NCBI RefSeq assembly: GCF_000015945.1
Contig: NC_009033.1
Coordinates: 1,530,001-1,562,000 of the forward strand
DNA: 32,000 bases
From: Staphylothermus marinus F1
GTDB lineage: Archaea; Thermoproteota; Thermoprotei_A; Sulfolobales; Desulfurococcaceae
Reading direction: 5' to 3'
Positions 18,290-25,246 of this stretch are shown here, in pieces. The number at the start of each line of letters is the position of its first letter. Position 1 is the stretch's first letter. Under the pieces are notes generated by a model, which worked only from the letters and a program-made list of their open reading frames with translations, searched no databases and had not been told where the DNA came from. The translations under genes were made by a program, and so were the position numbers.

Positions 18290-19744
18290 ATGCGTATACT
18301 AATAGTTACAAGTATTTCAGCCAAGAAGATTGTTGAGGAGGAAATAGAGAAGGTAAAGAAAAGCATAGACCCCAATACTATAATAGATGTTTTACCACTG
18401 CCAATAAGCGTTATAGCTTTAGCACCTAAGGAATTCATAAAGCATCACTTGTTGAAGCATGATCTTAGAAAATATGATTACATAGTACTGCCTGGAACCA
18501 TAAAGTATGATCTCAGGGATCTCTCAGATGAACTAGGCATTAAAATAGTTAAGTCTCCTAGTAGAATAGAATTATTAAAAACAATGTTTCTCATAGGATT
18601 AGAAAAATTCTCACCAAGCATAAGCGGTGATAAAATAGTAGAGCAAAGCGTTGAGCAAATCTATGCAAAAGCCAATAAATACTTTATGGAGAAAACAGAG
18701 TGGTTGAGAATAAATAATAAAAAACTTATACCATTAAAACCGCCCCCAATAATTCTTGGACTACTATATGATCACGTATGGGGAGATGAGTTTCTAGAAC
18801 AATATATTCGAGTCTTTAAGCCAGACATAATATATTTGACGGAAAACTCAACAGAGAAAACTATTAAGAAACTAGTTAAGTTAGGCTATTCAGGTAGATT
18901 AGCTGTTCCACCAAGCATATTGGATACACATATACTAGAACATGTAAGCATAATATATGGAATAAGAATAGATGAAATAAACAATTATTTAAAATATAAT
19001 AAAATACTTCAAATTCAAACTCAAACAATAAATAATAAACTACTCGGACAGTTAAGGAATTATAGAGAAAAAATAATAATTGACCCTATCCTCCCAACAT
19101 TATCCTCTCAGAAAATACTAGATAAATTAAACGAATATAAATCAATCACAAATTATGCCAAAGCAGGATGGATTACAAATATTAGTTACAGCATTGATGC
19201 AGACACACATGGATTATATCCTTTTCTCCTAGAACTCCTAATAGAAGCTGGAGTAAGTCTATTAATTATTCATGAATCAGAAGAAAAACTTGTTTGGAGC
19301 CTCCAAGAAACAATAGAGGCTAGAAAATTATTAACAATATCCCGATATTTAGGAACAAATCCAAGAGACCTGGGAATCGATCTATTATATTTGAAGAGTA
19401 AAACATATGTTTACCCAGAATATGAGAAGCCTGAGGAAATAGTTGTTGCAACAAAAGATCCAACATACCAAATAGACCCTATGGGTATATTTAAGATAAG
19501 AGTAAACCATAAAGAACAAGTAATAGAGGTATTCTATATTGGTAGGAAAGGTAAAATATTGATAAAAGGGCGAAACTGCGAAGAGATCAGAGACACTATA
19601 TTGAGACTAAAACTAGTATCCCTTATGAGCCATGCATTCTATTTAGGAGGAGAAATATGTAAAGCATATGAAGCACTAAGAATAGGTAAAAACTATGAAC
19701 AAGAAAAACCATTACTGCCCCAAAGATGGAGTAAGAATAAATGA
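18290..19744 (+). CDS. Dihydropteroate-synthase-related / DUF4346-type protein (pterin-binding-like)
   Basis: The 484-aa size and the C-terminal DPMGIFKIRV...HAFYLGGEICKAYEALRIGKNYEQEKPL resemble the DUF4346 end of archaeal DHPS-related proteins. This is recollection only. Confidence 0.4.
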   Translation: MRILIVTSISAKKIVEEEIEKVKKSIDPNTIIDVLPLPISVIALAPKEFIKHHLLKHDLRKYDYIVLPGTIKYDLRDLSDELGIKIVKSPSRIELLKTMFLIGLEKFSPSISGDKIVEQSVEQIYAKANKYFMEKTEWLRINNKKLIPLKPPPIILGLLYDHVWGDEFLEQYIRVFKPDIIYLTENSTEKTIKKLVKLGYSGRLAVPPSILDTHILEHVSIIYGIRIDEINNYLKYNKILQIQTQTINNKLLGQLRNYREKIIIDPILPTLSSQKILDKLNEYKSITNYAKAGWITNISYSIDADTHGLYPFLLELLIEAGVSLLIIHESEEKLVWSLQETIEARKLLTISRYLGTNPRDLGIDLLYLKSKTYVYPEYEKPEEIVVATKDPTYQIDPMGIFKIRVNHKEQVIEVFYIGRKGKILIKGRNCEEIRDTILRLKLVSLMSHAFYLGGEICKAYEALRIGKNYEQEKPLLPQRWSKNK

Positions 19745-19868
19745 TTAAACAAAGTTTTCTACGGACGAAAAGAATAATGCATAAAATAAGCACTTATACT
19801 CATAATTAACATGAATAAACCATTACCCTATATCTCAATAATAATATGATAAATATTTGATAATATGA

Positions 19869-20747
19869 TTGACGAGATGGTTCCTATTGCTTACTAAAAA
19901 TACTAGGGGTTTTAGTAGAGTTTTAGGAAAAAAGACCAAGTTGGCAATAATAATTGCTGTAACTATACTAGTTGTTTCAACGATATTTTTAGAAATACTA
20001 TTTAGTAATCAATTCATGTTTGTACACGAGAATAATTTGATAAATAATAATGTGGAAAATTCTAGAGAGGAGAAAAGAGTATTAATATATGATCCATTAT
20101 CGAGAGAGTATTCGAATCCTGAACTCATAGATTTATTGATGAAAACGTTTACTCAACATAACTATACAGTAGATATATACATTGGGAAAAACGCTACACT
20201 TGATCCATTATATCATCTAGATCGATACGATATCATTATATTAAGGGCTCATGGAGGATACAATAACAACTCAAAAATACCTGAACCAGTTGGACAATAT
20301 GTTTTCACGGGGATATACTTTAATGAAGCAATCAAAATATATGGTAAGAACAAGATTTATGATCTATTAAAACATCACTACATAGTTAAAGGTGTAATAC
20401 CTAGGAATGGCGTATCAATATATGAGTTACCCTTATACGTAGTGGTTTCACCATTATTTTTCAAGGATAAAATATCTAGTCTAAAAAATGATACAATAAT
20501 AATATATACTGGTTGCTATGGCTTAGACGATGATGTATTAGCAAATATTTTTCTAGATAAAGGAGCCTATGCATATTTATCGTTTAAAGGAGATGTAACA
20601 TGGGTTTTCGGAGACCAAATATTAGAGATCATACCCGTTAGAATAGCGAAGGGCGAAGATATAGTAGAAATATATAAATCACTAAATGAGACTCAAATAA
20701 GAGATCCATATACAGGTGCAGAATTAGAGATTAGATACCGGAAATAA
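19869..20747 (+). CDS. Membrane-anchored protein with a clan-CD (caspase/gingipain-like) cysteine-peptidase signature
   Basis: The N-terminal TM segment is KLAIIIAVTILVVSTIFLEILF. A hydrophobic strand plus HG (YDIIILRAHGG, H128 at 20250-20252) is followed by a hydrophobic strand plus C (DTIIIYTGCYG, C216 at 20514-20516), then FLDKGAYAYLSF. Confidence 0.4.
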   Translation: MTRWFLLLTKNTRGFSRVLGKKTKLAIIIAVTILVVSTIFLEILFSNQFMFVHENNLINNNVENSREEKRVLIYDPLSREYSNPELIDLLMKTFTQHNYTVDIYIGKNATLDPLYHLDRYDIIILRAHGGYNNNSKIPEPVGQYVFTGIYFNEAIKIYGKNKIYDLLKHHYIVKGVIPRNGVSIYELPLYVVVSPLFFKDKISSLKNDTIIIYTGCYGLDDDVLANIFLDKGAYAYLSFKGDVTWVFGDQILEIIPVRIAKGEDIVEIYKSLNETQIRDPYTGAELEIRYRK

Positions 20748-20862
20748 TATTGTAGGGATTCTCGAGATTTTGAAGTTTCCTCGATGTTTCTCTATATAGG
20801 AAAGAATTTATATGTTTAATGTAAAATTAAATATAGTGTGTCAATTATTTGGGGCGCATATT

Positions 20863-22881
20863 ATGGGAAGTGATAAAATTATTTATACAACTGTGTTAAC
20901 CATTATTATCTTATTAATTATAGCTTCTCAGTTCGCAATAACAACAAGACTTATCACAGTATCCACAATCAGCCCTGGTACAGTAATATATTCATTTGAT
21001 GATCCCTTGGGCGATGATAATGGTTATGGTAATATAACTTATCCTACGGATTCAGTATTTCAGCCAGGAGTATTTGATCTTGTGAAATTCCAGATAGAGG
21101 ATACAGCATCTACACTATATTTCAAGGTTACACTGGATAATCTAGGAGATAATCCATGGAATGGTCCAAATGGTTTCTCACTACAATATATACAAATTTA
21201 TATTCTAACATCTAATCAGACCTTACCAGTTAACTATACAACGTCGGGATTAAATGTTATGGTTAGCCATGGCTGGAACTATGCTGTATTAATGGTTCCT
21301 GGATGGGATACTGCACCTGTCCCCAACGGCCAGTTATCCGCTATTTATGATGCTAACGGAAATGTTGTCGCTGTTGAGGGTTCTACTCCAGGGTTCGATG
21401 TATATGTTGATCCAAACATAAACAATACTATTGTGGCATCAATTGACAAAACACTCCTATACGATACCCAGAACCTACCATTATGGAAGATAGCGGTTGT
21501 TGTTGCTGGATACGATGGTTACGCACCCTACAAGGTTAGACAAGTAGTTGCTGGAAACTCTACACAATGGGAGTTTGGCGGAGGCGATCCTGCAGCTATA
21601 AATGCTGGTGTACAGCCTGAAGTAATTGATTTACTTGCACCCACAGCTAATGATCAATACCAGATGTTATCATCATATAATGCATCAACCGGGACACCAG
21701 CAAATATAACTGGTATAAGTGTTTCATCAATGACTTCAACCACTATTACAACAACCACGCCGACAACAACTACACCACCGCCTCAAACTGTTTTCGAAAT
21801 GAATGATCCCTTGGGCGATGATAATGGTTATGGTAATATAACTTATCCTACGGATTCAGTATTTCAGCCAGGAGTATTTGATCTTGCAGGCTTTAAAGTC
21901 GTTGATGCTGGTTCAACCATACAGTTTTATGTATACTTGGATAATCTAGGAGATAATCCATGGAATGGTCCAAATGGTTTCTCGTTGCAGTATATACACA
22001 TTTATATCTATACTGGTGATAGTAGCTTACCAGTCAACACTACATCTTTTGGTGAAAACGTTGATTATAGTCCTGGATGGCACATGGCTATATTATTAAC
22101 TCCTGGATGGGATACTGCACCTGTCCCCAATGGCCAGTTATCCGCAATATATTATTATAATGGAACAGCTTATGCACAGGATAATAACTTGTTCAAAGTA
22201 TATGTTGATACAAGCAACAATACTATAATAGCAGAAGTCGATAAGTCGCTTCTACTAGACACGAACATTATTAATAACTGGAAATACGCTGTCATAATGA
22301 CAGGCTACGATGGTTATCAACCAGATAAGGTTAGAAAAGTGGTTGCTGGAAACTCTACACAATGGGAGTTTGGCGGTGGTGATCCTGCAGCTATAAATGC
22401 TGGTGTACAACCATATGTTATAGACTTATTAGCGCCAACATCTAGTGAGCAATACCAGATGTTATCATCATATGACCCCGCGGCTGGAACACGTGCTGTA
22501 GTCTACGTACAATATCCAGTCACAACACCAACAACTACCACAACTACTACGACTTCTCCAACCAACACTACGACTACCACAACGACAACAACTACCACAG
22601 CCACTACGACAACAACGCCTCCACCAACAAATACAACAACTACATCGCCTCCTACAACGACTACGACAACCACAACAACCACTACAACTACATCTCCAAC
22701 AACAACTACTACAACGACAACGACTACGACTACTACACCGCCTACTGGTGGAGGAGAGATTATTCCAGAAAAAGGTCAGGGTCAGGGTTCTAGCTGGGTT
22801 ACTTGGGCTATTATTGTCGCGATTGTAGCGGCTGTTGCTGTGATTGGTTATTTTGTTTATAGATTCTATAAATCATGGTGA
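20863..22881 (+). CDS. Surface glycoprotein: signal/TM, two glucodextranase-C-like (DPLGDDNGYG...YPT) domains, a poly-Thr/Pro stalk and a C-terminal TM anchor
   Basis: I prefer ATG 20863 (MGSDKIIYTTVLTIIILLIIASQF). There are two ~265-aa repeats, each starting DPLGDDNGYGNITYPTDSVFQPGVFDL. A >70-aa T/P run follows, and the C-terminal WVTWAIIVAIVAAVAVIGYFVY is followed by RFYKSW. NxS/T sequons are frequent. Confidence 0.75.
   Translation: MGSDKIIYTTVLTIIILLIIASQFAITTRLITVSTISPGTVIYSFDDPLGDDNGYGNITYPTDSVFQPGVFDLVKFQIEDTASTLYFKVTLDNLGDNPWNGPNGFSLQYIQIYILTSNQTLPVNYTTSGLNVMVSHGWNYAVLMVPGWDTAPVPNGQLSAIYDANGNVVAVEGSTPGFDVYVDPNINNTIVASIDKTLLYDTQNLPLWKIAVVVAGYDGYAPYKVRQVVAGNSTQWEFGGGDPAAINAGVQPEVIDLLAPTANDQYQMLSSYNASTGTPANITGISVSSMTSTTITTTTPTTTTPPPQTVFEMNDPLGDDNGYGNITYPTDSVFQPGVFDLAGFKVVDAGSTIQFYVYLDNLGDNPWNGPNGFSLQYIHIYIYTGDSSLPVNTTSFGENVDYSPGWHMAILLTPGWDTAPVPNGQLSAIYYYNGTAYAQDNNLFKVYVDTSNNTIIAEVDKSLLLDTNIINNWKYAVIMTGYDGYQPDKVRKVVAGNSTQWEFGGGDPAAINAGVQPYVIDLLAPTSSEQYQMLSSYDPAAGTRAVVYVQYPVTTPTTTTTTTTSPTNTTTTTTTTTTTATTTTTPPPTNTTTTSPPTTTTTTTTTTTTTSPTTTTTTTTTTTTTPPTGGGEIIPEKGQGQGSSWVTWAIIVAIVAAVAVIGYFVYRFYKSW
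20999..22473 (+). repeat. Intragenic tandem duplication (offset 804 nt at the 5' end, 795 nt at the 3' end) with islands of perfect DNA identity
   Basis: Aligned by hand: 20999-21082 = 21803-21886 (84/84), 21134-21179 = 21938-21983 (46/46), 21297-21341 vs 22101-22145 (1 mismatch), 21547-21614 vs 22342-22409 (2 mismatches), and 21655-21678 = 22450-22473. Confidence 0.95.
22521..22745 (+). repeat. Low-complexity ACN/CCN codon run encoding the poly-Thr/Pro stalk
   Basis: It is directly visible as acaac/actac/acgac repeats and translates to TTPTTTTTTTTSPTNTTTTTTTTTTTATTTTTPPPTNTTTTSPPTTTTTTTTTTTTTSPTTTTTTTTTTTTTPP. Confidence 0.9.
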
Positions 22882-22882
22882 G

Positions 22883-22922
22883 TAGTCAAATAAGGGTATT
22901 TGACTAATCATAAATATTTTTT
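22883..22922 (+). terminator. Hairpin (10-bp stem TAGTCAAATA/TATTTGACTA, loop AGGG) followed by a T6 run
   Basis: The stem at 22883-22892 / 22897-22906 begins 2 nt after the stop codon. TTTTTT lies at 22917-22922; archaeal termination typically uses oligo-T. Confidence 0.4.
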
Positions 22923-22978
22923 ATTAACCACCATAGATGTTAAAAGTAGTTGAACGACGCGTTCTCACGGTGTAGCTA

Positions 22979-23908
22979 GTGTTAATTGATAGGTTTGGTA
23001 GGCCAATAACACATATGCGTATAAGTGTTACTCTTAGATGTAATCATTCATGCATATTCTGCCACCGGGAAGGAGTATTTAATTTAAAGAATAGAGAGCT
23101 TTCTCCAGCGGATTGGGGATTTGTTGCTGAAATGGGGGTTAGAAACGATATTAAATACTATAAGTTAACTGGTGGAGAGCCTCTGATCCGAGACGATATA
23201 GTTGATATTGTCCACGAAATAAGAAGAGTTGGTGGAATAGTATCCATCACAACTAATGGATCTAGACTCGCAGAATTCGCTGAGAAACTAGCTGAGGAGA
23301 AAGTTGATCATATAAATGTTAGCCTCCACTCATTAAAACCCGAAGTTTTCAAAACAATTACCGGCGGAGATCTAGGGAAAGTATTGACTGGCATATACAA
23401 AGCATTAGAGTATGGATTAAAGCTTAAAATAGACTATGTCATCCTAAGCCTTAACATTAATGAATACAAAGATCTAATATCTTTTGCACAAAAACATGGT
23501 TTAGACATGAACATCATAGAATTAATCCCCCTAGGCATGAGCCAAGAAACATATAAAAAACTACATGCAGGCTTAAACAACATATTAAATTACTTGGAAA
23601 ATATAAGTGTCAAGAAATATAAGAAAGAATTCCAATCAAGACCAACATATATTCTACCAAACAACTCCAAAATAACAATAGTTATAGGCTGGCAAAACCC
23701 AGAACTATGCATGAAATGCACAAGAATAAGAATGACCCCCGACGGCAGAATAAAACTATGCATATTCAGAAACGACCTAGTCCTAGATGCTCGAGAAGCC
23801 ATACTAAACAGAGACAAAGAAGCTTTTCAAAAACTACTAGAAAAAGCAACACAACTCAGAGAACCCTACTTCAAACCAAAACAACAAATATTCCTCAATC
23901 CTATCTAA
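22979..23908 (+). CDS. moaA: GTP 3',8-cyclase MoaA (radical SAM)
   Basis: RISVTLRCNHSCIFCH (CX3CX2C), LTGGEPL, and the C-terminal cluster CMKCTRIRMTPDGRIKLC. The start is GTG, with GGTG at 22969-22972. Confidence 0.9.
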   Translation: MLIDRFGRPITHMRISVTLRCNHSCIFCHREGVFNLKNRELSPADWGFVAEMGVRNDIKYYKLTGGEPLIRDDIVDIVHEIRRVGGIVSITTNGSRLAEFAEKLAEEKVDHINVSLHSLKPEVFKTITGGDLGKVLTGIYKALEYGLKLKIDYVILSLNINEYKDLISFAQKHGLDMNIIELIPLGMSQETYKKLHAGLNNILNYLENISVKKYKKEFQSRPTYILPNNSKITIVIGWQNPELCMKCTRIRMTPDGRIKLCIFRNDLVLDAREAILNRDKEAFQKLLEKATQLREPYFKPKQQIFLNPI

Positions 23909-23943
23909 GTTTCTATGGACCCTTTAAAAACATATTATATTAA

Positions 23944-24425
23944 TTTCAATTCTTTCTATGTTGTTACCATTATGTCCCCCGTATCACTAGAGCTTGTAGA
24001 CTCATACACTTTCAATTCTTTCTATGTTGTTACATTGGCATCCACAATGTTATTGTTTTTATGGGTTTCCTGCTTTCAATTCTTTCTATGTTGTTACTTC
24101 AAGCCCTGATATACCTTCTCAGCAACATTTAATGTTCTTTCAATTCTTTCTATGTTGTTACAACTATTATATTGGATCCCGCCTTGTAAAAGTGTATGTA
24201 TCTTTCAATTCTTTCTATGTTGTTACTCTACAAATCTGAAAAAGACCTTATCGAGGTTGATACTGACTTTCAATTCTTTCTATGTTGTTACCTATACTAT
24301 TACATTCGAGGGCTACCCCAATACTAAGCCTTTCAATTCTTTCTATGTTGTTACACTTTAATTTCTGTATAATTTGAAGCATCAACAGTTACTACTATGC
24401 TTTCAATTCTTTCTATGTTGTTACT
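23944..24425 (-). CRISPR. CRISPR array with 8 repeats of 25 nt and 7 spacers of 38-45 nt; no cas genes in the window
   Basis: On the plus strand the repeat is CTTTCAATTCTTTCTATGTTGTTAC. Copies lie at 23944 (first base A instead of C), 24010, 24074, 24138, 24203, 24268, 24331 and 24401. Spacer lengths are 41, 39, 39, 40, 40, 38 and 45 nt. On the minus strand the repeat reads GTAACAACATAGAAAGAATTGAAAG and ends in the ATTGAAAG typical of crenarchaeal type I/III repeats, so the array is probably transcribed from the minus strand. The variant repeat then sits at the trailer end. Confidence 0.95.
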
Positions 24426-24560
24426 TTGGTTCGAATACGTTGTTACATTTATTTAATCTGTTCGAATTGTTATATATGTTTTTCTATATTTGATCCCTAA
24501 TTGATCGTGTTCGACTAGTTTTCTATAGATTTAATAGTATCTCCGACCCCATGACAAGTT
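24426..24560 (-). promoter_or_regulatory. Putative CRISPR leader (AT-rich), shared with the divergent moaC upstream region
   Basis: The position follows from the inferred repeat orientation. The region contains GTTCGA(A/C)T three times (24430, 24461, 24510), TTCTATA twice (24483, 24522) and TATA-like tracts. Confidence 0.45.
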
Positions 24561-24690
24561 TGTATAATGAAAAACATTCGAGTGGTTTCCGTTGGTTTTT
24601 TGTATATTTTGTTGTTAAGTCTGGTTATTGTTTATTTTTGGTTGTTGCTTATATGTTTGTGTTGGTGGAGGGAGGTGGTTGTTTGTGTCT

Positions 24691-25122
24691 ATGGTTGATG
24701 TGTCGGGTAAGAGGGTTGTTTTTCGTGAGGCTGTTGCTGAGGGGGTTATTAGGCTTAGGCCTGAGACTGTTAGGAGGATTAGGGAGGGTAGGGTTGAGAA
24801 GGGTGATGTTTTAACTGTGACTAGTGTTGCTGCTATTCAGGCTGTTAAGAAGGCTTCGGAGCTTTTGCCTTTGTGCCATAATATTCCTATAACTTATGTT
24901 GGTGTTGACTATGAGTTTATTGGTGATGATAGGATCAGGGTTGTTGTTACTGTTAGAACAACTGCTCAGACAGGTGTTGAAATGGATGCATTAACAGGTG
25001 TATCTATAGCGTTGCTGAATATATGGGATATGGTTAAGAAGTATGAGAAGGATGAGAAGGGACAGTATCCTGAGACATGGATTGAAAAGATAAGGGTGGT
25101 TTCTAAGATTAAAAAAGAATAA
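24691..25122 (+). CDS. moaC: Cyclic pyranopterin monophosphate synthase MoaC
   Basis: MVDVSGK..., LPLCHNIPI and TGVEMDALTGVSIALLNIWDMVK. I prefer ATG 24691 because GGAGGTGG lies at 24671-24678. The 21 extra residues from the track's 24628 start are low-complexity. Confidence 0.85.
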   Translation: MVDVSGKRVVFREAVAEGVIRLRPETVRRIREGRVEKGDVLTVTSVAAIQAVKKASELLPLCHNIPITYVGVDYEFIGDDRIRVVVTVRTTAQTGVEMDALTGVSIALLNIWDMVKKYEKDEKGQYPETWIEKIRVVSKIKKE

Positions 25123-25246
25123 TTGAGAAATGCGGTAAGGATCACGGGTCTGACACTATTCTTATTAATCGTTAATGCATCGTATTCATATTTTGAACTA
25201 AGAAAGCATAATATGTATTAATGTTTTTTCTAGGATTTGAAGAGCG

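Noticed and set aside
23915-24361. Three overlapping plus-strand ORFs (23915..24109, 24024..24239, 24152..24361) with the recurring peptide FNSFYVVT / FQFFLCCY
   Set aside because: They are translation artefacts of the CRISPR repeats read in different frames. The recurring peptides are the repeat itself.
24551-24814. 87-aa ORF rich in G/L/R/V (…GLLGLGLRLLGGLGRVGLRRV) overlapping the moaC start
   Set aside because: It is a low-complexity product of the G+T-skewed sequence in an alternative frame. It overlaps the well-supported moaC frame and shows no motif or SD support.
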